A stretch of 64,000 nt of DNA from an uncultured Nitrososphaerales archaeon. GTDB lineage: Archaea > Thermoproteota > Nitrososphaeria > Nitrososphaerales > Nitrososphaeraceae. Positions within the stretch are counted from its first letter, which is position 1; every line of letters starts with the position of its first letter. Under the pieces are notes generated by a model that saw nothing but the letters and a program-made list of their open reading frames with translations, was not told where the DNA came from and did not search any database. The stretch lies in NCBI GenBank assembly GCA_963713605.1, contig CAVQMO010000010.1, forward strand, positions 480,001 through 544,000, written 5' to 3'. This document shows positions 21,506-32,974 of this stretch, in pieces. The position numbers were made by a program, and so were the translations under genes.

Positions 21506-22189
21506 ATGCGGTCTCCAGAAAAAGATACATCGATAAAAGCAGTAGTACAGAAAGAGGGCCTCCCTATTAGGGTTATTCAGCTATATGTTACTGATGATAG
21601 TTCGGTGAAGAATGCAGTAGATCATATAATATCTGAAGCTGGCCGAATTGATGTTCTGGTAAACAATGCAGGTTATTCACTTGGAGGCGCATTAGAGGAT
21701 CTTTCAACAGAAGAGATTAAGTCTCAGTACGAAACTAACTTATTTGGACTGATAAGAGTTACTCAAGCAGTTCTACCCACAATGAGAAAACAAAGATCAG
21801 GTAGAATTCTAAATATAAGTTCGGGTGCTGGTATCTTTGGTTTCCCCGGATTATCAGTTTATGTTAGTACTAAATTTGCCGTCGAGGGTCTGAGTGAATC
21901 TATTGCATACGAATTGGAGCCATTTGGAATACGAGTGATCTTGATAGAACCTGGCTTTGTTAAGACTAACTTTGAACATGCAATGATCGTAGCCAAAAAA
22001 GCGCAAGACCCGGCATCGCCATACTCTGAGCTGATGCAAAAAATAATGGCTAGTGCGAGGGAACTAGCAAAGAATGCATCTGATGCAGAATTAGTTGCAA
22101 ATATTATCTTGGATGCTGCTTCCAATCCAAATCCTCGTCTCCGATATTTGGCAGGTAAAGATGTAGAATCTTGGGCTGCAGGTAAGTGA
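21506..22189 (+). pseudogene. Short-chain dehydrogenase/reductase lacking the N-terminal GxxxGxG and the C-terminus
   Basis: IDVLVNNAG, NISS, YVSTK, IEPG present; starts at (AT)MR. Confidence 0.85.
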
Positions 22190-22380
22190 GGCGCATACTC
22201 AATACATAATTTCTGGTAGACTCAAAGTAGTAATGGATGATGGTACTGAAGAAGAATGTGGTCTTGGAGATGCTGCTGTAATTCCTCCTGGATATAATAC
22301 TTAGGTTGTGGGAAATGAACCTGTGGTTGCTATAGATTTTACTGGTCTAAAAGAATACGCCAAGACAGATAATTTCTTGA
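22186..22380 (+). pseudogene. Cupin C-terminal fragment with internal stop
   Basis: HTQYIISGRLKVVMDDGTEEE...GDAAVIPPGYNT*VVGNEPVVAIDF. Confidence 0.75.
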
Positions 22381-22535
22381 CAGAAAAACTACTGACTTAG
22401 TTTCCACTATTTCTCCATCTGATGTATTCCACTTCTAAAGGCACTACATCCTGGGGTGTGGGGATTCTTACAACTTGCAACGTGACCGCTAAGTGACAGT
22501 GTTGGCGGCAATCTCTGGCAGAAGAACCTTTGGCT

Positions 22536-22571
22536 GATGCGTTCAGATTGTCGCTACAGTTTTGGCGCTAA
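22536..22571 (+). pseudogene. Terminase-large-subunit-like extreme C-terminal remnant
   Basis: DAFRLSLQFWR*, matching DAFRLSLQFWH* at 44404-44439. Confidence 0.6.
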
Positions 22572-22791
22572 GGTGCAGAAGCATACGCAGACTCACTTAT
22601 CATTCACTGGCCAGATAATTACACTTCTTTCAATATAATAAGTTGCAAAACCTGTGAATAGCAGTAATCCAACATTCATACAGTTCACTGGAGGGGTCAA
22701 TTGCGCAACAGTACGCTTGGATACTGGGACTCGATTAGGTATATGAAAAAAGAGATAATAATGACTATTAGGATACTAACAACTGCAAACA

Positions 22792-23121
22792 TTGACCTCT
22801 TTGCCTACCGATCCTAACGATAACGATAACGACGATATCATACTGATGAATGAACTAAGGATTCACGATGAAAGTCTAACTAAGGAAATGTTTGATGTGG
22901 TTCTGGATCAGAATAAAATGCTAAATGTTCTAATAAAGAAACTTCAACTTTATAACGAAACCGAAGCTGCTTTGAAGGAGTCCAGGAATAAACTCGTTGT
23001 AGGTTTCATGAAAGTGGCAGTAGAAAATAGAATGATGATTACACAGATAAAGAAGGATATGGAGCTTAAAGTTGGAGATCTTGCGAAACGAGTAGAGAAG
23101 TTAGAAGAAGGAAGAAAATAG
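22792..23121 (+). CDS. Hypothetical coiled-coil protein
   Basis: Heptad-rich ORF ending LAKRVEKLEE. Confidence 0.55.
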   Translation: MTSLPTDPNDNDNDDIILMNELRIHDESLTKEMFDVVLDQNKMLNVLIKKLQLYNETEAALKESRNKLVVGFMKVAVENRMMITQIKKDMELKVGDLAKRVEKLEEGRK

Positions 23122-23690
23122 AAATAGCTAAACCATAAAACATGAACAAACTACTAGAATACCATAGACTGTTATACCAAATATTTAACTGTTACCAGAA
23201 CAGAATTTATTCCCTTTAGTGGTAAACTATCCTTAATCGGTATAGGGAAAGCCATAGCCCGGCAAATGAGGTAGGGGAGAGAGTATAGGAAAAGGAGGTG
23301 AACAAGGAGAGATGAAATCAAAGAACACAAGAATATGTAATTGTCTGCAAAGTTAAAAAGGCCACTGTTAGAAACCCAAACGGTCAATGGTGCTGCCGTA
23401 AGTGTAACGGCACAGTCACAATAGTGACTAATACGATTGGACGAATACTTACTAGGAACCCAGAACTTGCAAAGGTAATAAGTAAAAAGCAGTAGTAATA
23501 GTACTACCCTGATTTTATCGAACCTTTTTCCCGGAAACACGTTATTCTTACTGTTTTTTACCTTGCAGCCTGACTTTTCCCTGAAGCAGTTATATAAAGA
23601 ACTATTGCGGAAGGTTGAATAAATGAGCTATAGAAATCATTTGTTTTGTATGTGTAAACGGCTGCTACTAAGACTTTCATTCACGCGTCT

Positions 23691-24149
23691 ATGATATCAC
23701 TGGATACTACGGTCGAAATTGGAAGTAGAAGAAGGAGCCGAAACAGCAGCTCGAAAAGAACCTACGAAGAGAGACTATCGGATGTCTTTTCTGCTTTCGC
23801 TGATGAAGATGCATTAAAGTTGTTTGAGACGATCGCTCAGCATCAAAACACTAGCATGAGTGATTTTGATACCAAGAAAAAGTACTACAGCCGACTTACG
23901 AAGTTAAAAGTCAATTCACTCGTTAAAAAGAAAAAAGATAGATACGTGTTAACGGCCTTTGGATCTAGCATGTACCAGGCTCTTCTGCATATGAAAAAAA
24001 CTCAATATCTATATTGGCAGCTCCAGGTGATAGACGCATTAAATGGAAAACTCCAAGGTGATCAACTCAAAGAGATGATCGAGTCGCTAATACCTGAAGG
24101 GGAGATTAGGAAGATATTACTCACTAATGGTTTGGCCTTCCAGACCTAA
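23691..24149 (+). CDS. Winged-helix protein
   Basis: TKKKYYSRLTKL...LVKK....YVLTAFG. Confidence 0.75.
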   Translation: MISLDTTVEIGSRRRSRNSSSKRTYEERLSDVFSAFADEDALKLFETIAQHQNTSMSDFDTKKKYYSRLTKLKVNSLVKKKKDRYVLTAFGSSMYQALLHMKKTQYLYWQLQVIDALNGKLQGDQLKEMIESLIPEGEIRKILLTNGLAFQT

Positions 24150-24298
24150 AGTGATAGCAATTCACAAGCACTCTGACGATGGTGTTCATCATCATCATTT
24201 CTGGCGGGACCAGAGCGTAAAACATGCAAAACACTTGTTTGAATGAAGCACCATACATAAAATAGCTTTAGATTATGAAGTATAGACATTCAGAAGCG

Positions 24299-24722
24299 AT
24301 GCAGGAACAAATACAATGGCGCAGGGATAAAGTCCTCGAACTAGGCGGTAAGGCCATAGTGAAAGAGAGATTGCCAGAGCTTTACAAATATCTGCTCCCA
24401 CTGCCACTGTACATAGAGATATTGTTTATCTGAATCATCATGCTAAAGAGAATATCCGCAACTATATCGATGACCGCTTGCCAGCGAATATCAAAAGTGT
24501 ATGGCAGGGATTTCCGCCATTATGAAAGAATCTTGGAATACCGCAGAATCTGCAGAATCAGAAGGCGCTACTGGTAGAAGAGACAAGCTCCGGGCGCTAG
24601 GTCTGGCTAAGGAATGCTACGCTATGAAGTTAGACTTGTTATCATCTGCTACTATTCTGGAGAGGGCCATTAGATTTGTTGAGAATCATCAAAGAAGCCA
24701 TGGTAAAGCAATAGTTCACTAG
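24299..24722 (+). pseudogene. HTH protein of a multicopy (possibly proviral) family, two frameshifts
   Basis: QIQWRRDKVLEL / GHSEREIARALQIS..TVHRDI.YL...AKENI..YIDD.LP / EYQKC..GI..IMKESW...ALGLAKECYAMKLDLL. Confidence 0.7.
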
Positions 24723-25152
24723 TCAAAAATGAGGCTCAAATAGTGAACTATCAATATGGCCAGGGTTTGATTGATGAGCCAAAATAAGGAAGTAACAGTA
24801 GAACAATGGAGGATTACAGTGTGCTAAATCTCCAGCTATCTTTTTTTAATGGTAGATTCCAGTTTTTCATCGTTTACGTGTAATTTTTGTGTCTGCTATT
24901 AGTACAATTCCATGTGAGCACTTGGCACCAATACCGCTGTCGACAAGATTATATCGCAAGTTGGTGAGCTACTAATATTTCAAAAGTATACTATTCAGTC
25001 TGGGCTAAAGATCTCTGGCTGGAGCCATAGTGAATGCTATTGCTAATTATCTAGACACATTTTAATACGAAGCTACAATTCTCACACGAAACGGACTGCC
25101 TCCAAGGCGTGCCTCCTGCTATTCTAACAACTAAAAACTTTGTTTATAAATA

Positions 25153-27327
25153 GTGGTTACATATAACGTCGTGGTGTCTGCAGATACGCCTCCTACAAAC
25201 AAATCCGAGATATTGTATGGAGTGGAAAATGCTATTGGAAGAGAACTTTATTTTATGTCCAATGTAAAAGAAAAAATGGATATATTCTTCGATCACAGAG
25301 CTCCCTCTATAGTTGTAGGAGTTGAAGAATACAAGAATGGCTACATTGAGATAAGGAGTCGAGGCGGAAAAATAAGAGCTTTAACCGAGATTACGAAGGA
25401 CAACCTCGTTTATTGCAAAGAGTTAATAAAACTAGTCAATGAACTTCGCAATTTAGACGGAATAAGGGGAGGGATGGCTGTAAACGGTTTGGAGTATATG
25501 GCTACCACAGAATTGCGCAAATCAAACCGTTCAACTCATATTATTTACAGTAACGTCAAAGAAGTTGTAGAACAAGGACAGTACATTTTTGACACCCTAT
25601 GGAATGCAGCCATTCCAGCTGAGAAGAAGATAAGGGAGATTGAAATGGGGTCAGTACCAGCCGCTGAACCGGCAACAATAATAGAGAATAATCCTAAAGA
25701 AATCATTAAGCAGTACAGGCGCATTGCCGAAAGCTCTAAGCAACTTTCCGGCTGTTTGACCTCAGGGGGAATGGAATATAGTCACAAATATTTTTATGAT
25801 ATACAGAAGAAATTGCTAGACAAGCAAAGGAGAGGAGAACATAAAGGAATTAGATATATTACCAAGATTGATAGAGATAATATTGAATTAGTAAAAAAGT
25901 ATCTGATATCAGGGACACAAATTAAGCACGCTAGGAGTCTACCACCGATGAGCTTTGGTTTTTCAGATAAAGAAATTGTCGCCACAATAGATAAGATGGA
26001 ACACGGCAAAAGAGCACAAAATCTTCTTATGAGTAACGAATCTGCCTACCTTAAGCATTTTGGGTCTATATTTGAAGAGTTATGGAACAACGGAGTCGAT
26101 GCTCCAGACCGGATCAAAGATATTGAAGAAGGGATAGATTTGGCAGAAATAGAGATCATTGCTAATCCTAGGGGGGGAATAGGCAGAGCATGGAGCGCTA
26201 TTAAACATGCAAGGGAAGAAATTTTGATCATGTTCTCTTCTGCAAACGCATTGCGTCGGCAGATACAGATGGGGGGGCTAGGTTTACTAAAAGACGCCTC
26301 AGAGCGGCGGAACTTACAAGTAAAACTATTGATTCCTCATGAAGATGACCAAAGTATCCTATCTACAATAATACAGGAATCGAAACCGTATTGTCCAAAA
26401 GTAGATTTTAGAAGTATGGAGAGAAGTTTTGGTACCAGAATAACAATAGTTATAGTTGACAAAAAAGAATGTATAATCACTGAGTTAAAGGACGATTCAA
26501 AAGATATTTCATATAAGGCGGCTGGTTTATCAACGTATTCAGATAGCAAATCAATTGTCTCTTCGTACGTTTCCATTTTTCAGAGTATATGGAAGCAAAC
26601 CGACTTGTATGAACAACTAAAGGTACATGATAAAATGCAGAAAGAATTCATTAATGTGGCCGCACATGAGCTAAGGACTCCTATTCAGCCAATACTTGGA
26701 CTATCAGAGAATCTTCTCTCTAGTGAAGGAACTATTGAAGAATATCATTATATACTTAATGCTATTTCAAGGAATGCAAAACGACTGCAGCGAATTACCG
26801 AGAATGTTCTTGACGTTACAAGGATCGAGAGTGGGGCGTTACCACTTAATAAGCATCACATTAGACTAAAGGATCTAGTTTTTGGTATCATTGCAGACTA
26901 TAAAAACAATGAGTACGGTGGACCAAAGAAATCTAAATTATTCTTCCATATTGAAAAGGATGGTGTTGCTGAGAGTAGAATTATTGTTGATGCCGACGAA
27001 GAAAGGCTGACCCAGGTTATCTATAATCTTCTAAGCAATGCCACAAAATTCGTAAACAAAGGCGGTAGGATTGATGTGAAAATAAAAAGGCTCAAAAAAA
27101 CCAGGCAAGTTGTTATTAGTGTCTCAAATACTGGTAAAGGAATAGATCCAGAAATCTATCCTAGACTTTTCACCAAGTTTGCGACAAATTCGTTTGTAGG
27201 AACTGGGCTGGGACTTTACATCGCAAAGAATTTAGTCGAGGCACATGGAGGTAGAATCTGGGCTAAAGATAATCATGATGGAAAAGGGGCTACTTTTTTT
27301 ATCAGCCTCCCGTTAGTTAGAACCTAA
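25153..27327 (+). CDS. Cytoplasmic sensor histidine kinase
   Basis: EFINVAAHELRTPIQPI H-box; NLLSNA, GKGID, GTGLGL boxes; no TM segments. Confidence 0.95.
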   Translation: MVTYNVVVSADTPPTNKSEILYGVENAIGRELYFMSNVKEKMDIFFDHRAPSIVVGVEEYKNGYIEIRSRGGKIRALTEITKDNLVYCKELIKLVNELRNLDGIRGGMAVNGLEYMATTELRKSNRSTHIIYSNVKEVVEQGQYIFDTLWNAAIPAEKKIREIEMGSVPAAEPATIIENNPKEIIKQYRRIAESSKQLSGCLTSGGMEYSHKYFYDIQKKLLDKQRRGEHKGIRYITKIDRDNIELVKKYLISGTQIKHARSLPPMSFGFSDKEIVATIDKMEHGKRAQNLLMSNESAYLKHFGSIFEELWNNGVDAPDRIKDIEEGIDLAEIEIIANPRGGIGRAWSAIKHAREEILIMFSSANALRRQIQMGGLGLLKDASERRNLQVKLLIPHEDDQSILSTIIQESKPYCPKVDFRSMERSFGTRITIVIVDKKECIITELKDDSKDISYKAAGLSTYSDSKSIVSSYVSIFQSIWKQTDLYEQLKVHDKMQKEFINVAAHELRTPIQPILGLSENLLSSEGTIEEYHYILNAISRNAKRLQRITENVLDVTRIESGALPLNKHHIRLKDLVFGIIADYKNNEYGGPKKSKLFFHIEKDGVAESRIIVDADEERLTQVIYNLLSNATKFVNKGGRIDVKIKRLKKTRQVVISVSNTGKGIDPEIYPRLFTKFATNSFVGTGLGLYIAKNLVEAHGGRIWAKDNHDGKGATFFISLPLVRT

Positions 27328-27520
27328 ATCATGGATCTTAGTAACTTTAATTATTAACTATCATTTTTATGTGGGTAGATTAAGATGATTTAATGAGCAG
27401 CAAATTACTCTATGCAGGACACATCTGCGAAGGCATCTCTGAATGGCTCCAAGTGTCTCATTTTTTTGCACAGAAGTGTCAAACTCCATTAAAATAACTC
27501 CAAGCCATCCTGACCTGACT

Positions 27521-28087
27521 TTACTCTTTGACCCGTTTCAGAATGTTCAGTATTTCCATGAGCTGTTCGTGACTCAGTTCAGCCTTCTTTAGGATTGCGG
27601 TGTCAAGATTATACCGTTTTAACTGCTCGAAAACGTGTTTATCCTTGATTGTATTTAACAAGAGCTGCGATGAAAAGGGTTTTTGCAATAACTCTATAAC
27701 TTTTTTGAGCTCCTTGACAGAATTCACCAACGTTTCTTTGACGTAGGCTGAAGCGAAAATGATTCTTTGACGAGGATTAACTGCAAGGATTTCTTTGGCT
27801 ACTTGTAATCCGTTCATTCCTGGCATTCTATAATCTAGTATCACTGCTTCAAATGGCTGAGCATTAGTGGATATTGCTATTTCTTTACTTTTTAACAGAC
27901 GCATTTCTTGAAATTTCTCCAGATAGAATTTTGTGCAATCTTCTCCATTATCCATTAAGCTAACTTCATAACCGCCCTTCTCCAGAGCCATCTTGTAGGT
28001 CAATGCAGTATCTTCGTCATCTTCGGCTATGAGTACCCTATTGACTTGCCTTAATTCTGGGCGCGTGGTTCGTTTTCTCCTTCCCAT
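27521..28087 (-). CDS. Response regulator (receiver plus short C-terminal helical extension)
   Basis: LIAEDD, ILDYRMPGMNG, FASA, QKPF. Confidence 0.95.
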   Translation of the reverse strand: MGRRKRTTRPELRQVNRVLIAEDDEDTALTYKMALEKGGYEVSLMDNGEDCTKFYLEKFQEMRLLKSKEIAISTNAQPFEAVILDYRMPGMNGLQVAKEILAVNPRQRIIFASAYVKETLVNSVKELKKVIELLQKPFSSQLLLNTIKDKHVFEQLKRYNLDTAILKKAELSHEQLMEILNILKRVKE

Positions 28088-28669
28088 TCGGGCTGTTGAA
28101 TATTTAACACCCCTATTTTATTTTATGCTCCTGGGGGACGTCCCAGAATGCCTCTATAATGCCACGATTGGAAGTATGCACCTGATTAGATGTATCGCTT
28201 ACGGCTTTCTACAATTGGCCAGTTACAACAGCTAGAACTCGCCAGCGACCATTTTCGCTGTTGTTACATTCGCTATTGTTACATCCAGGATTCATCTGCT
28301 ATTTACCGTTACTAATAAAATGCCTCTGACTCTTTAATCTAGAATAAATAACTGACATACCGCTTATTTATAAAGCCTTGAGCATACAACTTCAAAATGG
28401 TTCTTGGACTAAATAGGAAAAGGGAATGGGGTGACGAATCCAAAATCTTTGAACTTTCGTATTTTATCGGTTTGGCTACGTTTGGCAAGCTCAGGAAAGG
28501 GGCTAGTCAATAAGAATTTCTCAGAGAAGGGATGTAGGGATTGTCGTAATAGGCACACCAGAGCTAGCCTATTACAAGACATAGAGAGGATTGCTTTTTG
28601 TATTTTTCATCTTAGTGTAATTGATTCTGGAGGAGTCCCCTACACTATACAAAGACCAACCTTCGTAAT

Positions 28670-29500
28670 AATATCTCAGGATACTCCACCAATATTATTT
28701 TTATCTACCTCTCCCATAACTGTAGAAGCTACTGACACTGAAGGTGGCTTAGTTACATATACAGACTACTGCTACGGACGCGACGAACGAACCTCTTGTA
28801 CCAATTTGTAACTTCTTCAGGGGACTCGCTCCATTAGGCACTTGGCAAGTTCACTGTTCTGTAACTGACAAAGGCTCACCTACAGGACCACCCCTAACTA
28901 CAAGCGGCTCTCTACTGCGAGAGTGATAGATACAACTCCACCGTCATTAACAGTACGATATGACAAGACAGTAGAAGCTGCTGGTCCTGATGGAGCAGCA
29001 ATTACATTTGAGGCTACTGCAACTGATATAGTAGAGTTGATGGAAGTAACGTGTAACCAAGCTTCAAGTTTTACTTTCCCATTAGGAACAACTACAGTCA
29101 CATATACTGCAAAAGATTGGTCTCCAGGTAGTCCAGATGCCCAAGAAACATTCACCGTAACGGTCATAGATGCAACTAAACCTGTACTTTCAGGTAGACC
29201 AAGCGATATAACAAAAGAAGCTGAAAACATTAGTGGCAGGTTGAAGTAACCTGCAATCCGCCATCTGGTTCTACATTCCTATCGGGCACAACGACTGTTA
29301 CCTGTATTGTATCCGATGATGTTGGAAATGCAACACAGACTTCATTCAAAGTAACAGGTCCTAGTGGTAGATACGAAACGACAAAATGTAAGAATAACAT
29401 CAGCTATGGATAAGCACGGCAGGCCTGTATCAAATGGTGCGGCCATACCATTAAAGTCAATAACATTCCAACTTAGCAGACCAATAGACCCATCTAGTGT
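28670..29500 (+). pseudogene. HYR-domain surface protein remnant with several frameshifts and deletions
   Basis: DTTPP.L, TVEA.GP.GA, F.ATATD, FPLGTTTVT.TA.D repeats in several frames. Confidence 0.75.
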
Positions 29501-29512
29501 TACTAGTACAAC

Positions 29513-29716
29513 ATGTATGTAGATACAGGGAAAGAATACACGGTAGATATTACTGATAACGGTAGAGAGGGAGACGGTATCGCAAGAATAGAAGGTTTAA
29601 TAATCTTTGTAAAAGATGCAAAAGCCGGATACAAAAGCGTAAAGATTAAGATTAAATCTGCAAAAGATAATTTTGCTACTGCAGAAATAGCAGCAGGTTC
29701 AACAGATATGACATAG
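29513..29716 (+). CDS. Stand-alone TRAM domain protein
   Basis: V..GKEY.VDI.D.GREGDGIARIEG.IIFV..AK.G....IKI......FA.AEI. Confidence 0.85.
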   Translation: MYVDTGKEYTVDITDNGREGDGIARIEGLIIFVKDAKAGYKSVKIKIKSAKDNFATAEIAAGSTDMT

Positions 29717-29858
29717 GTTTTTGTTTATACTATTAGACCAATAATAGCTAAAAGACCACGTGAGTCTGTTAAATCTATCTAGAACTGATCATAGTACTAT
29801 TCTAATGGAATGATGGATCACAGCGCGTAATATCCTATATTGCCTATAATAAATCATA

Positions 29859-30065
29859 TTGCATTGGACCGAAGACTGCATTTGTAGTCGGTGGATCACC
29901 AATTCCAAGACTTTAGAATTTTTCAAGATAAGTGATTCAAGAACGGAGCTTCGAAGCAGCAGATGTAAAGGTCTTATAGGCTGGTGGGACGAACCTCCAC
30001 GAATAAAAAAGATTATGCCATTCAAACGGAAGTGGTCGAAAGAAGAATGTTTGGCAATGCGCTAG
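29859..30065 (+). CDS. Small 'HWTE' protein, copy 2
   Basis: Paralogue of 13235-13426 (SRTELR, GLIGWWDEP.RIKKIMPFKR.W..EECLAM). Confidence 0.75.
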   Translation: MHWTEDCICSRWITNSKTLEFFKISDSRTELRSSRCKGLIGWWDEPPRIKKIMPFKRKWSKEECLAMR

Positions 30066-30078
30066 ATCTAATAGAATA

Positions 30079-30091
30079 AATATCAGATTTA
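30079..30091 (+). promoter_or_regulatory. Imperfect palindrome AATATCAGATTTA upstream of peptide gene 5
   Basis: 62 bp before the ATG; flanks match 13801-13830. Confidence 0.6.
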
Positions 30092-30152
30092 TGTAATCGC
30101 CTGATTTTGCTTAATCCACATAAGCATAACACGCACACAGAATGACAGAAAA

Positions 30153-30422
30153 ATGAACTTCAAATATATCGCAATGTTCGCGATAATAGCAGCAACATTA
30201 GTGGGAACAACAGCAGTAACAGTAGATAGCGCTTTTGCCTACGAAAAGAATCAGGCTATCTCACAAGCCAACAGCTGTGGAAATGGTGAACTACCATTTA
30301 ATGTCGGATGTCAAAATATTGATTCTCAGATTCAAGGTGATGAGAACGGTGTATCACTAGCAGCCGACCAAACATTCCCAGCGATCCAAAACAACGAACC
30401 AGAACCAAAACCTGTGAAATAA
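30153..30422 (+). CDS. Secreted Q/N-rich two-Cys peptide, copy 5
   Basis: Signal ending AFA; YEKNQAISQANSCGNGELPFNVGCQNIDSQIQGDEN. Confidence 0.9.
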   Translation: MNFKYIAMFAIIAATLVGTTAVTVDSAFAYEKNQAISQANSCGNGELPFNVGCQNIDSQIQGDENGVSLAADQTFPAIQNNEPEPKPVK

Positions 30423-30808
30423 TTTAGCGTAACCACCATATTTTTTTGATGTTCTAGAGATCAACCATACATGCAGGATTCGTCCTGATATTATAACTAG
30501 TTTATCAAGATAGTTTAAACCATATTTTGCATTTGGTCTGAATTAGTGTATAGCAGATGCTCTTAGTAATAGGTATCTGGTTCTTCTACTAATCATTAAT
30601 CCAAATGAAAAATAAATCGTATACTCAGAATGATAGAAGTCAAACAGAAATGGACTTTGTATCTCTTGAAGAGGACATATTACGCGAGATCATGCTGTTG
30701 TAAGTAGTGGATGCCCAAGACATTATTATCAGAAATACTGTGCGGTCCAACATCATATTATTTAGCCGTCAATCTATCGATAGCCTATCTAGCTATCGAT
30801 CATTGTTA

Positions 30809-31210
30809 CTACACACCAGAACACAAGTTATCCTCGTCTTTGTCGTGGAGCTTCATAAGCTCTGCGCTCGCAGACTTCTGTCTAACAACAACTTTATTTG
30901 TCTTATAGAATTCTAGTTCCATTCCTCTTGTTAGACTATATTCTATTCTAAATGATTCGTCAGTCGAGATAGGCATCAGTTCGGTGTTATGTGAATTACA
31001 AATAGGACAGTCGAGTACATGTGACGGAGACCCATGTAAAGATTCTAAATCGTTAATCTCGAAATAGGATGCGCACCAATAACAGGAATTACAGATTACA
31101 AAATAGACCTTATCGATAGGTTGTAAAATTGTATTATTTTCTCTAATATTAGAAGAGAGTTCGGTTGTTTGCAACAAGTCATTTGCTATATTAAGCCTTA
31201 CAGATTCCAT
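30809..31210 (-). CDS. Zn-finger-containing hypothetical protein
   Basis: FVICNSCYWCAS...CPIC. Confidence 0.75.
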   Translation of the reverse strand: MESVRLNIANDLLQTTELSSNIRENNTILQPIDKVYFVICNSCYWCASYFEINDLESLHGSPSHVLDCPICNSHNTELMPISTDESFRIEYSLTRGMELEFYKTNKVVVRQKSASAELMKLHDKDEDNLCSGV

Positions 31211-31905
31211 ACCATTCTCGTCTCTCTTTGAACGCAGGTTGTTTTATACGTTGCCATTATAGGGGAGATATAGACTTATTGGCATATTTGTAAGCCAAAA
31301 TCAAATAACATTGCACTAAAGTGATATTAATTCATGAAATAACGATTATTACAGATATCCCGCACAATAATAATATTTCTAATTCTGGTCAGAAATCACT
31401 CAATGTGGGTAGTAGGTCACATCTGTCGACTTCATTACTAGCCTAATCATGTAAAAGTTTAACCTTTCAGTCTAAAAATCAGAAACTTCCTAATGCTGCG
31501 TTGCCTATGGTTGGCCTCATGGTACATATAAAAAACCTTGCGATAATTTACTTTCTTTACTTTTAATAGCAGCTAACTCACCTAAGTAAGACTTTGACCA
31601 GTAAGTAATCTGGAAGTCTCTAATTCTATATATTACTAGGTAAGTCAATTTTGAATTGATACAGTACAACCTACTCTTGATGATCTTGGAAACTGATTAC
31701 TTTAAACAAGTCTCTAGTATCAAAGAATAGCGTCCTTGATGGCTCAACTTGAGGATACTAAGGGTTTTCATCTTCCATAAGATCTTGAAGTTCTGATAAG
31801 GGCTTGTTGAATTTCTCTCGTAATTCAGTCAATAAACGTGGAATGAACATCAAAATCATCGAATATCAATAAAAGTATATCTCTTTCCATCGCGTAATGA
31901 TATGA

Positions 31906-32046
31906 ATGGTTTTCAAGTGTGGCAAGTGTGGCAGTGTATTTGATGAAAAACGACGCTTTGAAATACATAAACAAACACATGACCGAAAGTCTAAGGTCAG
32001 TGAGTACGGTTCACCTGAATTCAGTCAAGATAGTTTACGAGGCTAA
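31906..32046 (+). CDS. 46-aa C2H2 zinc-finger microprotein (absent from the ORF track)
   Basis: MVFKCGKCGSVFDEKRRFEIHKQTH. Confidence 0.8.
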   Translation: MVFKCGKCGSVFDEKRRFEIHKQTHDRKSKVSEYGSPEFSQDSLRG

Positions 32047-32350
32047 TCGTTCGAAATAAGTGGGAGTATGGGTGTAATCAGAACAATTACAGGGCTACTA
32101 TTCTATATTGATTAATTTCTTCAAATACCATTACTACGTCAAACCAGTTTACCTTTAGAAATTTATGTGGCAGCCGCTAAATTTCCATTGGATCGTAAAA
32201 CAAAACTTTTCAGCTCTGATTACATGTTCAAAATTAAGTTCATTGCTAATCCTCAATCTTCTAAGTTATTGATTCGGTCAATCATCAGATTCAATTAACA
32301 GGTTGATTAGATCACTATGGATCAATCAACTGATAGCATAGTTGAACGCG

Positions 32351-32974
32351 CTAAGATGAAGAATATTTGAACTTGCAGTAAAAGCCGTTCTTTCCTGAAT
32401 TATTCCATTGGTATCCAAAGTCATTGTAGGCGTTTCTAGTTGAGCGTGCGATTACCAAATCACTTTCGGGGACAGCAGAAAATGCCGGATTGGTGATGAG
32501 AGCCTCTTTATTCTGGTCTGCTCCGTGAATCATTGATTCGCAACCATCTGCGCCTTCCTTCGATTCTGAACTCAATCGCAGACTGTTTGATACCTAATAT
32601 TTCCCCGAATAGATCTTCGCTGCTCCAAAGAATCCGCCAGATTGTCCGGAGTAAATTTTAGTAATGGCATCCGACTGTTCTGCTGTTGCACGCTGGTCAA
32701 TATACATCGCAACTTTCCACTTCGGTCCAGTCAGCATGTTCCCAGGGGCATGAAAGAAAGCTACCACATTCAGATTATCTAAATCAATATTACCAAAGTT
32801 ACCTCCATTGATATGCCATGCAGGTATTACATCACAAAAGCCCTTATCTGGATCAGCCATAAATATGCACGGACAAATTATATCACAATTACAGCTTTCA
32901 AAATAATCACCTTCAATCTTCCAGGAAGGTGACGATAAGCTGGGATCAGATTGATAAGTGGCTGCAGAAGACAT
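32351..32974 (-). CDS. DUF1326 family protein, frameshift near 32615
   Basis: W.IEGDYFESCNCDIICPC, GFC, YID.RA..EQ; C-terminal W.NSGKNGF. Confidence 0.85.

Noticed and set aside
23172..23540. 122-aa minus-strand ORF, and similar ORFs at 3760, 9159, 15368, 28431, 40784, 42094, 42791, 43333 and 45671
   Set aside because: No recognisable motifs; composition is typical of non-coding AT-rich sequence
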